A stretch of DNA of 64,000 bases, from contig NW_027362769.1 in assembly GCF_046119375.1 (NCBI RefSeq), forward strand, positions 384,338,001-384,402,000, in the 5' to 3' direction. Origin of the DNA: Phyllobates terribilis. Lineage: Eukaryota. Within the stretch, counting starts at the first letter, position 1; each line of letters starts with the position of its first letter. Positions 31,901 through 42,339 of this stretch are shown one piece after another. A program made the translations under genes and the position numbers. Under the pieces are notes generated by a model. That model made no database searches, had not been told where the DNA came from, and saw nothing but the letters and a program-made list of their open reading frames with translations.

Positions 31901-34900
31901 TGTTATCATCCTGTCCGATCTATCAAAATCTAATTATTTATCCCATGAGGAGAATGGAAGCTTCAGAGTTGCCATTTTCAGCCGCAGTCGCCCCTTCACC
32001 CTCCGATTATAATGCGTCTTGTGTTCCCAAAAATGGGAAGGGGTCAATCAGTCGCCCTAGGGTCAGCGCTGATGATCCTGCCGAGGCCTTTGTACCTGGA
32101 GACACAAGCTGTGCTATTGGGGAATTCAGCACTACTCGGCCTGACGTGGCTGATAACAGCGAGCCATAGATCGCACCACCGTGTCTTCAGGTCTGAGCTG
32201 TAGTTTTGCATTTGGTGGCCTTTTCTTTAATCCTGACGCGTCTTGTCTCCGTCTCTCGCAGTGCGACCTGTTCATCCAGGAGGGGGCACATTTAGGCAGA
32301 ACTCCGGCCGAGGTGGTCTCTACCTGCGACATCACGTTTGCCTGTGTGGCGGGACCCCACAGCGGCTAAGGACGTAAGTTGTCTCCATGTTGTGACGCTA
32401 TATACAAATGCAAGGGGGTGGCCGCCCTAACATCCATGGGTAATCACTGGGGTCGGACCCCCGGATGGGTGGGTGCGGCGGGATGCTGCTGCTGCTGGAC
32501 TTGTTCATTAATATGGTGGTCTCCTCTGCTTTCAGCTGGTGCTAGGACCCAGCGGGGTGCTGCAGGGGATCCGTCCAGGGAAGTGTTACGTGGACATGTC
32601 TACGGTGGACCCAGAGACGGTGGCAGAGCTGGCACAGGTACCACGCTGTTACCAGTCTGACGTGACTGTCCCCCGGCACTGCGCCCCCTCACCTCTCCCT
32701 CCTCCAGGTCATAGTGTCTCGGGGCGGCCGCTTCCTAGAAGCCCCCGTGGCCGGTAACCAGCAGCTCTCCAACGACGGCATGCTGATGATCCTGGCAGCC
32801 GGAGACCACAGCGTCTTTGAAGATTGTACCAGCTGCTTCCAGGCCATGGGCAGGACGTCCTTCTTTCTGGGTAAGCTGCTGCCATGTCTGGATGTCATAC
32901 TGATACGTCAAAGTGATGGCGCTGGCTGTCCTTGTAGCCGTGATTCTCCCTCGTGACATATAGGCTGGCACATGGAGGGCGGCTGTCGCTTGTGTGTGTC
33001 ATGGAGGCTGGCACATGGAGGGTGGCTGTCGCTTGTGTGTGTCATGGAGGCTGGCACATGGAGGGCGGCTGTCGCTTGTGTGTCATGGAGGCTGGCACAT
33101 GGAGGGCGGCTGTCGCTTGTGTGTGTCATGGAGGCTGGGCACATGGAGGGCGGCTGTCGCTTGTGTGTGTCATGGAGGCTGGCACATGGAGGGCGGCTGT
33201 CGCTTGTGTGTGTCATGGAGGCTGGCACATGGAGGGTGGCTGTCGCTTGTGTGTGTCATGGAGGCTGGCACATGGAGGGCGGCTGTCGCTTGTGTGTGTC
33301 ATGGAGGCTGGCACATGGAGGGCGGCTGTCGCTTGTGTGTGTCATGGAGGCTGGCACATGGAGGGCGGCTGTCGCTTGTGTGTGACATGGAGGCTGGCAC
33401 ATGGAGGGCGGCTGCCGCTTGTGTGTGTCATGGAGGCTGGCACATGGAGGGGCGGCTGCCGCTTGTGTGTCATGGAGGCTGGGCACATTGGGGGGGGGGG
33501 GGGGGGGGGGGGGCGGATGCCGCTTGTGTGTCATGGAGGCTGGCACATGGGGGGGCGGATGCCGCTTGTATGTCATGGAGGCTGGCACATGGAGGGCGGC
33601 TGCCGCTTCTGTGTCATGGAGGCTGGCACATGGAGGGCGGCTGCCGCTTCTTGTGTCATGGAGGCTGGCACATGGAGGGCGGCTGCCGCTTGTGTGTCAT
33701 GGAGGCTGGCACATGGAGGGCGGCTGCCGCTTGTGTGTCATGGAGGCTGGCACATGGAGGGCGGCTGCCGCTTGTGTGTCATGGAGGCTGGCACATGGGG
33801 GGGGGGGGGGGGGGGTGCCGCTTCTGTGTCATGGAGGCTGGCACATGGGGGGGGGGGGCGGATGCCGCTTGTGTGTCATGGAGGCTGGCACATGGGGGGG
33901 GCGGATGCCGCTTGTGTGTCATGGAGGCTGGCACATGGAGGGCGGCTACCGCTTGTGTGTCATGGAGGCTGGCACATGGGGGGGTGGATGCCGCTTGTGT
34001 GTCATGGAGGCTGGCACATGGGGGGGCGATGCCGCTTGTGTGTCATGGAGGCTGGCACATGGGGGGGCGGATGCCGCTTGTGTGTCATGGAGGCTGGCAC
34101 ATGGGGGGGGATGCCGCTTGTGTGTCATGGAGGCTGGCACATGGGGGGGGCGGATGCCGCTTGTATGTCATGGAGGCTGGCTCATGGAGGGCGGCTGCCG
34201 CTTGTTTGTCATGGAGGCTGGGCACATGGGGGGGGCGGCTGCTGCTTGTGTGTCATGGGAGGCTGGCACATGGGGGGGCGGATGCCGCTTGTATGTCATG
34301 GAGGCTGGCTCATGGAGGGCGGCTGCCGCTTGTTTGTCATGGAGGCTGGCACATGGGGGGGGCGGCTGCCGCTTGTGTCTCATGGAGGCTGGCACATGGG
34401 GGGCGGCTGCCGCTTGTGTCTCATGGAGGCTGGCACATGGGGGGGGCGGATGCCGCTTGTGTGTCATGGAGGCTGGCACATGGAGGGCGGCTGCCGCTTG
34501 TGTGTCATGGAGGCTGGCACATGGAGGGTGGCTGCCGCTTTGTGTGTCATGGAGGCTGGCACATTGAGGGCGGCTGCCGCTTGTGTGTCATGGAGGCTGG
34601 CACATTGAGGGCGGCTGCCGCTTGTGTGTCATGGAGGCTGGCACATTGAGGGCGGCTGCCGCTTGTGTGTCATGGAGGATGGCACATTGAGGGCGGCTGC
34701 CGCTTGTGTGTCATGGAGGCTGGCACATTGAGGGCGGCTGCCGCTTGTGTGTCATGGAGGATGGCACATTGAGGGCGGCTGCCGCTTGTGTGTCATGGAG
34801 GATGGCACATGGAGGGCGGCTGCCGCTTGTGTGTCATGGAGGATGGCACATTGAGGGCGGCTGCTGCTTGTGTGTCATGGAGGATGGCACATGGAGGGCG

Positions 34901-37900
34901 GCTGCCGCTTGTGTCATGGGAGGCCGACACATGGAGGGCGGATGCCACGGACTGTATACGTGTATATCTCTCTTCCAGGCGAGGTGGGTAACGCCGCCCG
35001 GATGATGCTCATCATTAACATGGTCCAGGGCAGCTTCATGGCCACGATAGCGGAGGGCATGACCCTGGCGCAGGTGACCGGCAGTCGCAGCAGACCCTGC
35101 TGGACATCCTGATCCAGAGCCAGCTCTCCAGTATTTTCCTGGACCAAAAGTGCCAAAGTAAGTAATAAATAATGCCTCCATCTCCCCCGTGAAATCCCCA
35201 ATGTCACGGCCTCCTTTTCTGCTCCCCTCCTGACCGTCGCTCTCTCCTCAGACATCCTGCAGGGGAACTTCAAACCAGACTTCTATCTAAAGTACATCCA
35301 GAAGGACCTGCGGCTCGCCATCGCATGGGGGACTCCGTCAACCACCCCACCCCTATGGCCGCCGCAGCTAACGAGGTGAGGCCGCTGCCGAGAAGTCAGA
35401 CTGTTGGGGGCGGGGAGGTACTCGGCACGATTTTCATGGCGTTTTAGTTCTGCATCTCACATGGTCACAGATTATAACCGCTGTGCGGAGCCCAAGGCGG
35501 CAGTGCTGGCCCTGCGTCATATACAGACAGCCTGAAAAGGGTGGCCCTGGTCCTCCATTGAAGGGAATAGGACTGAGCTTCAGGACCAACCATCACTTAC
35601 GTTGCACCCTTTTATAGGGCTTACACTACCATGGCTGTTTGCTTTCAGCAGCAGCGCCACCCCTGATGTCAGGTTGTGTCTGTTATGCACCTCAGCCCCA
35701 TTGAAGTGAGCTGAGCCGCCATACTTCAGATAATGTGTACAGCGCCCCCTCTCCTCTCCCTTGCGTGCGGCGCCCCCCTCTCCTCTCCCTTGCGTGCGGC
35801 GCCCCCCTCTCCTCTCCCTTGCGTGCGGCGCCCCCCTCTCCTCTCCCTTGCGTGCGGCGCCCCCTCTCCTCTCCCTTGCGTGCGGCGCCCCCCCTCTCCT
35901 CTCCCTTGCGTGCGGCGCCCCCCCTCTCTCTCCCTTGCGTGCGGCGCCCCCCTCTCCTCTCCCTTACGTGCGGCGCCCCCCTCTCCTCTCCCTTGCGTGC
36001 GGCGCCCCCCTCTCCTCTCCCTTGCGTGCGGCGCCCCCTCTCCCTTGCGTGCGGCGCCCCCTCTCCCTTGCGTGCGGCGCCCCCTCCCTCTCCCTTGCGT
36101 GCGGCGCCCCCCTCTCCTCTCCCTTGCGTGCGGCGCCCCCCTCTCCTCTCCCTTGCGTGCGGCGCCCTCCTCTCCCTTGCGTGCGGCGCCCCCCTCTCCC
36201 TTGCGTGCGGCGCCCCCTCTCCCTTGCGTGCGGCGCCCCCTCTCCCTTGCGTGCGGCGCCCCCTCTCCCTTGCGTGCGGCGCCCCCCTCTCCCTTGCGTG
36301 CGGCGCCCCCCTCTCCCTTGCGTGCGGCGCCCCCTCTCCCTTGCGTGCGGCGCCCCCCTCTCCTCTCCTTGCGTGCGGCGCCCCCTCTCCCTTGCGTGCG
36401 GCGCCCCCCTCTCCTCTCCCTTGCGTGCGGCGCCCCCCTCTCCTCTCCCTTGCGTGCGGCGCCCCCCTCTCCTCTCCCTTGCGTGCGGCGCCCCCCTCTC
36501 CTCTCCCTTGCGTACGGCGCCCCCCTCTCCCTTGCGTGCGGCGCCCCCTCTCCCTTGCGTGCGGCGCCCCCTCTCCTCTCCCTTGCGTGCGGCGCCCCCT
36601 CTCCTCTCCCTTGCGTGCGACGCCCCCTCTCCTCTCCCTTGCGTGCGGCGCCCCTCTCCTCTCCCTTGCGTGCGGCGCCCCCCTCTCCTCTCCCTTGCGT
36701 GCGGCGCCCCCCTCTCCTCTCCCTTGCGTGCGGCGCCCCCCTCTCCTCTCCCTTGCGTGCGGCGCCCCCCTCTCCTCTCCCTTGCGTGCGGCGCCCCCCT
36801 CTCCTCTCCCTTGCGTGCGGCGCCCCCCTCCCCTCTCCCTTGCGTGCGGCGCCCCCTCTCCCTTGCGTGCAGCGCCCCCCCTCTCCCTTGCGTTCAGATC
36901 CCCCTCTCCCTTGCGTGCAGCGCCCCCCTCTCCTCTCTCTTGCGTGCAGCGCCCCCTCTCTCTTGCGTGCAGCGCCCCCTCTCTCTTGCGTGCAGCGCCC
37001 CCTCTCCCTTGCGTGCAGCGCCCCCTCTCCCTTGCGTGCAGCGCCCCCTCTCCCTTGCGTGCAGCGCCCCCTCTCCCTTGCGTGCAGCGCCCCCTCTCCC
37101 TTGCGTGCAGCGCCCCCTCTCCCTTGCGTGCAGCGCCCCCTCTCCCTTGCGTGCAGCGCCCCCTCTCCCTTGCGTGCAGCGCCCCCTCTCCCTTGCGTGC
37201 AGCGCCCCCCTCTCCTCTCCTTGCGTGCAGCGCCCCCTCTCCTCTCCCTTGCGTGCAGCGCCCCCCTCTCCTCTCCCTTGCGTGCAGCGCCCCCCTCTCC
37301 TCTCCCTTGCGTGCAGCGCCCCCTCTCCCTTGCGTGCAGCGCCCCCTCTCCCTTGCGTGCAGCGCCCCCCTCTCCCTTGCGTGCAGCGCCCCCTCTCCCT
37401 TGCGTGCAGCGCCCCCTCTCCTCTCCCTTGCGTGCAGCGCCCCCTCTCCCTTGCGTGCAGCGCCCCCCTCTCCCTTGCGTGCAGCGCCCCCTCTCCCTTG
37501 CGTGCAGCGCCCCCTCTCCCTTGCGTGCAGCGCCCCCCTCTCCCTTGCGTGCAGCGCCCCCCTCTCCCTTGCGTGCAGCGCCCCCCTCTCCCCTCCCTTG
37601 TGTGCAGCGCCCCCCTCTCCTCTCCCTTGCGTGCAGCGCCCCCTCTCCTCTCCCTTGCGTGCAGCGCCCCCCTCTCCTCTCCCTTGCGTGCAGCGCCCCC
37701 CTCTCCTCTCCCTTGCGTGCAGCGCCCCCCTCTCCTCTCCCTTGCGTGCAGCGCCCCCTCTCCCTTGCGTGCAGCGCCCCCTCTCCCTTGCGTGCAGCGC
37801 CCCCTCTCCCTTGCGTGCAGCGCCCCCTCTCCCTTGCGTGCAGCGCCCCCTCTCCTCTCCCTTGCGTGCAGCGCCCCCTCTCCTCTCCCTTGCGTGCAGC

Positions 37901-39591
37901 GCCCCCTCTCCCTTGCGTGCAGCGCCCCCTCTCCCTTGCGTGCAGCGCCCCCTCTCCCTTGCGTGCAGCGCCCCCTCTCCCTTGCGTGCAGCGCCCCCTC
38001 TCCCTTGCGTGCAGATCCCCCCTCTCCCTTGCGTGCAGATCCCCTCTCCCTTGCGTTCAGATCCCCCCTCTCCTCTCCCTTGCGTGCAGCGCCCCCCTCT
38101 CCTCTCCCTTGCGTGCAGCGCCCCCTCTCCCTTGCGTGCAGCGCCCCCTCTCCCTTGCGTGCAGCGCCCCCTCTCCCTTGCGTGCAGCGCCCCCCTCTCC
38201 CTTGCGTGCAGCGCCCCCTCTCCTCTCCTTGCGTGCAGCGCCCCCCTCTCCTCTCTCTTGCGTGCAGCGCCCCCCTCTCCTCTCTCTTGCGTGCAGCGCC
38301 CCCTCTCCTCTCTTGCGTGCAGCGCCCCCTCTCCTCTCTTGCGTGCAGCGCCCCCCTCTCCTCTCTTGCGTGCAGCGCCCCCCTCCTCTCCCTTGCGTGC
38401 AGCGCCCCCCTCTCCCTTGCGTGCAGCGCCCCCTCTCCCTTGCGTGCAGCGCCCCCCTCTCCCTTGCGTGCAGCGCCCCCCTCTCCCTTGCGTGCAGCGC
38501 CCCCCTCTCCCTTGCGTGCGGCGCCCCCTCTCCCTTGCGTGCGGCGCCCCCCTCTCCCTTGCGTGCGGCGCCCCCCTCTCCCTTGCGTGCGGCGCCCCCT
38601 CTCCCTTGCGTGCGGCGCCCCCCTCTCCCTTGCGTGCGGCGCCCCCCTCTCCCTTGCGTGCGGCGCCCCCTCTCCCTTGCGTGCGGCGCCCCCCTCTCCC
38701 TTGCGTGCGGCGCCCCCTCTCCTCTCCCTTGCGTGCGGCGCCCCCCTCTCCCTTGCGTGCGACGCCCCCTCTCCTCTCCCTTGCGTGCGACGCCCCCTCT
38801 CCCTCTCCCTTGCGTGCGGCGCCCCCCTCTCCTCTCCCTTGCGTGCGGCGCCCCCCTCTCCTCTCCCTTGCGTGCGGCGCCCCCCTCCTCCNNNNNNNNN
38901 NNNNNNNNNNNNNNNNNNNNNNNNNNNNNNNNNNNNNNNNNNNNNNNNNNNNNNNNNNNNNNNNNNNNNNNNNNNNNNNNNNNNNNNNNNNGTGCAGCGC
39001 CCCCCTCTCCCTTGCGTGCAGCGCCCCCTCTCCCTTGCGTGCAGCGCCCCCTCTCCCTTGCGTGCAGCGCCCCCTCTCCCTTGCGTGCAGCGCCCCCTCT
39101 CCCTTGCGTGCAGCGCCCCCTCTCCCTTGCGTGCAGCGCCCCCTCTCCCTTGCGTGCAGCGCCCCCCTCTCCCTTGCGTGCAGCGCCCCCCTCTCCTCTC
39201 CCTTGCGTGCAGCGCCCCCTCTCCCTTGCGTGCGGCGCCCCCCTCTCCCTTGCGTGCGGCGCCCCCTCTCCCTTGCGTGCGGCGCCCCCTCTCCCTTGCG
39301 TGCGGCGCCCCCTCTCCCTTGCGTGCGGCGCCCCCCTCTCCTCTCCCTTGCGTGCGGCGCCCCCCTCTCCTCTCCCTTGCGTGCGGCGCCCCCCTCTCAT
39401 CTCCCTTGCGTGCGGCGCCCCCCTCTCATCTCCCTTGCGTGCGGCGCCCCCCTCTCCTCTCCCTTGCGTGCGGCGCCCCCTCTCACCCCCGTGTCTTTTT
39501 TTTTTTTCCCCGACAGGTCTACAAAAGAGCGAAAGCATTGGACCAATCTGACAACGACATGTCCGCCGTGTACAGGGCCTACATCCACTAG
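25197..39591 (+). CDS. GLYR1: GLYR1/NPAC/NP60 (PWWP, AT-hook, LSD2-binding linker, inactive beta-hydroxyacid-dehydrogenase fold), 16 exons, about 527 aa after correcting 7 single-base indels
   Basis: Exons: 25197-25237, 26246-26281, 26551-26630, 27456-27597, 28344-28505, 28649-28735, 29706-29759, 30435-30485, 30569-30642, 31137-31235, 32262-32373, 32536-32637, 32708-32870, 34979-35157, 35252-35375, 39517-39591 (TAG). Motifs [69 protein letters not shown]. As given, the sequence is frameshifted in exons 2, 3, 10, 11, 14 and 15. Confidence 0.93.
25430..25720. repeat. 41-bp G-rich minisatellite (about 7 copies) in GLYR1 intron 1
   Basis: Unit ggggatctggtgtgagggactggggaggaaggatccagtca. Confidence 0.9.
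26807..27390. repeat. Same 86-bp satellite family as 22060-22887, opposite orientation, GLYR1 intron 3
   Basis: Reads gtaatgtatgtacacagtgactgcaccagcagaatagtgagtgcagctctggagtataatacaggatgtaactcaggatca, the reverse complement of the unit at 22 kb. Some units carry an extra cagtacaggat. Confidence 0.95.
32960..34945. repeat. 41-43-bp minisatellite (about 47 copies) filling GLYR1 intron 13
   Basis: Unit ggctggcacatggagggcggctgtcgcttgtgtgtgtcatgga, with variants changing along the array. Source of the 551-aa spurious ORFs. Confidence 0.95.
35745..39485. repeat. 24-29-bp pyrimidine-rich minisatellite (>120 copies) filling GLYR1 intron 15; contains the assembly gap
   Basis: Unit cgcccccctct(cctct)cccttgcgtgc(g/a)g. 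Source of the 1272-1418 aa spurious ORFs. Confidence 0.95.
38892..38991. other. Assembly gap (100 N, placeholder length)
   Basis: Exactly 100 N inside the minisatellite. Confidence 1.
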
Positions 39592-40159
39592 TTCCTCCAT
39601 TTCACTCTCCAGGATCCTTCTTCTTCTGGTTTTCCGCCTCTGTCCTTTTATTTTTCCTCCAGATATATATATTTTTTCTCATTTTTGGCACCAGTGTCTC
39701 GTTGTCGGTGAACTGTCGGCACGTCGGCTCCTGTCCGGGCAGCGGCGCTGGATCCGCTCCGGCCTTGCACTAATGGCAACAGTTCCTCTGCCGCTCTCTA
39801 TATCCGTAGTGACCCGTTCTTACAAAAGTGGACCCTCGTGGTGCGCAGGACTTGTAGTCGGAGTGACCCCCTCCCCACCCCCGGTGCATGCTCATCTCGA
39901 GGATCATTCACTGCTGAAGGACACACGAACGTTACCTTGTGGACACCGGAGCGCCACCTTGTGGACACCAGAGCACCTGTCCTCCAGATGACTACTTTCT
40001 TTTAAGATGATTTGCCTAGTTGTACAGTGCTCAAGATATTTTTTTTTCTTGCTAGCATCTCCCCAGTTTTCTCTGCCGGTCCCTCTGATCACCCGCTTTT
40101 TGTTCTGCCCCCTATAGACTGTATAATTAAGGGCAAGGTATGGTAAGTGCGTGCAGACT

Positions 40160-41405
40160 ACAACCCTGCAAAGCAGTGGCTCTCAGAACTACAACTCCCA
40201 GCATGCCCCGATAGACAAAGACTCTCAAGCTGTTGCAAAACTACAACTCCCAGCATGCTCGGGAATCCATTGGCGCCCCAGCTGTGGCAAAACTACAACT
40301 CCCAGCATGCCTGGAACGCAAATACTTGTCCCGAGCATGCTGGGAGTTGTAGTTTTGCAACAGCTGGAGAGCTGTAGATTGAAAACCGCAGCTTTATAGT
40401 GTCCTCCGCCCATCTCGCCCTCATGGTCTCCTGTTACCAGATGTCGCACTTTTTTCGCCGCCTCTCAAACCTTCGCCCCCCGATCTTCAGTCCCGAGGGG
40501 CCTTCGGCCTTTTCATTACTAGTGGCAGCTAAACCCGTCTCTTCCTGTAGATCCAGATTTTCCCTTGTTTTTATTTTTTTTTGCCTCCGCTTTTTGCTAA
40601 ACGCTTTTTAAAAGAAATCCTGGTTTTATTTATTTATGTTTTTATTGTGCTTTTTTTCTTTTTCCCCTTTTTTATTACAGGATTGAGGTTCAGGTCTAAT
40701 TTAAGCTAAAAGAAAATTATTCACAGTAAAGCTTGGACATGGGGGGGCTTCCTGCTGGATTTCCCGGGGAGGATTCTGGGGTATGGGATGAGTGCATCAA
40801 AAGTTAATCTCCACTTTTTTTTTTTTTTACATTTTTTCTTTCTTTTAATGTCCGGCATTCTGTGCTGATTTTATTGTTTTTTTTTCATATATCTTTATAG
40901 CTGTGATGGATTTTCTGATCAAAAGCTTGGACATAAGTGACGTGAAGCGTTATCCCTGCAGTGACCGCTAGAGGGAGCTCACTGCACAGAGCTAAAGCAG
41001 AGCTCCCTCTAGTGCTGGCTGCAGGAATAACGCGTCCCGTCCCTGGCAGGGGATTTGGAGCTTTGGATCAGATAAAGATATATTATAGGAAAGGGTGGAC
41101 GTTCACTTTCAGGTAGATGTAGCTGCCCCCTGGGAGCCTGGAACTTTAAAGGTGAAAGGTCGCAGGTGACATCTCTTTATAGACCCCCTAGGGTCTCTAG
41201 AGCAGTGCTCTCTGGCTGCTGCAAAACTACATTTCCCATCATGCCCTGCATTCTGTGCACGACAGGAGGTGTAGTTTTGCTGCAACCGTAGAGCCGCAGG
41301 GTGGGGGGCGCTGCTCTAGAGTAATGGACTTTCCAGGTTGAGCAAAATTACAATTCCCATCATGCCCGCACAGCCTATGGCATGATGGGAGCTGTAGTTC
41401 TGCAC
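40160..41405. mobile_element. Cluster of short palindromic MITE-like elements in the GLYR1 3' UTR region
   Basis: ACTACAACTCCCAGCATG direct copies followed by the inverted CATGCTGGGAGTTGTAGT (40160-40380). gcgttatccctgcag...ctagagggagctc / gagctccctctag...ctgcaggaataacgc (40948-41032). Two more ACTACA/TCCCA palindromes at 41205-41405. Confidence 0.65.
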
Positions 41406-42339
41406 CTGCTGGCGAGGACTTTACCAACGTCTTGCTTTCACATTGGGGGTCTCGCGCTGTCGTGAGACTTCAACTCCCACCATGCTGGAGAGCCCTGGGT
41501 TGGAGACCAGTGATGGTGAACCTTGATTTGATTTCCCCTTAATGCAGAAGTCTTCACACCGGTTGATAAATGAACACGGTACCGACACCCAGGTGCGGGA
41601 TGTCCATAAGAGCCCGCGCCGTCCTGTCCGTATACTCGTCTCCACCACTCGCCCACGTTTTTTTCCGCTTTCCCTCTGATCAGAATACCCTGCATTTTTG
41701 GATTTTTTTTTTTCAATTGTTTTGGGGGAGGGGAAGGGGGGTTATTGGGGGAGGGGCCTTGTGAAGGGGGAGGGGCTTTTATGTTTTATAATTCAAAGTT
41801 TTGTCATTGGAAAATAGTGTGGTATATGGGGGAGGGGAGGGGCGGGGGAGGGAGTTTTGTGCAATTAGCAATGCTACTGGCAAATAATAAAGCCTTCCTT
41901 GTTAATTATTTACATGGCGCCTTCTTCATGGAATTAGGTCGTATCCGCTTCTGGGAAAGCTGGGTGACAACCAATATGGCCGCCCGGGTCTTGTGTATGT
42001 AACCGATCAGGAGCCTGATGTACAGGATGTAGGACCCCCAAAAAAATAAATCTGAATCTAGAGCGCCCCCTTCCCAATATGTCTTTCAGTCTCCCTAAGT
42101 AAAGTGGATCCTAGACCAGACCCAGAATGCAAATTCCCACCGCCCCAACCTTTATAGAGATCCCAGATCAGGCCCCTAAATATCCACTAACCCGATTGTG
42201 TGACGTAATGGAGACCCCAGACCCCCTGCCTATACTAATAAATCTTCAAGATCAGACCTCTCCCTTATCTATTACAGCCCCGAGACCAGACCCCATATAC
42301 TGATAGAGCCCTACACTGGACCTCTTATACTAATCCGTA

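Noticed and set aside
28936-33513. Very long C/G homopolymers (28936-28964, 33488-33513) as functional G-quadruplex elements
   Set aside because: They lie in the region with demonstrable run-length errors, so their lengths are unreliable.
32953-34649. 551-aa Cys/His/Trp-rich ORFs resembling metal-binding repeats
   Set aside because: Open in all three frames of a 41-43-bp intronic minisatellite; no unique sequence.
35733-39991. 1272-1418 aa ORFs
   Set aside because: Translations of a stop-free 24-29-bp minisatellite, open in several frames and running through the N gap; they lie in GLYR1 intron 15.
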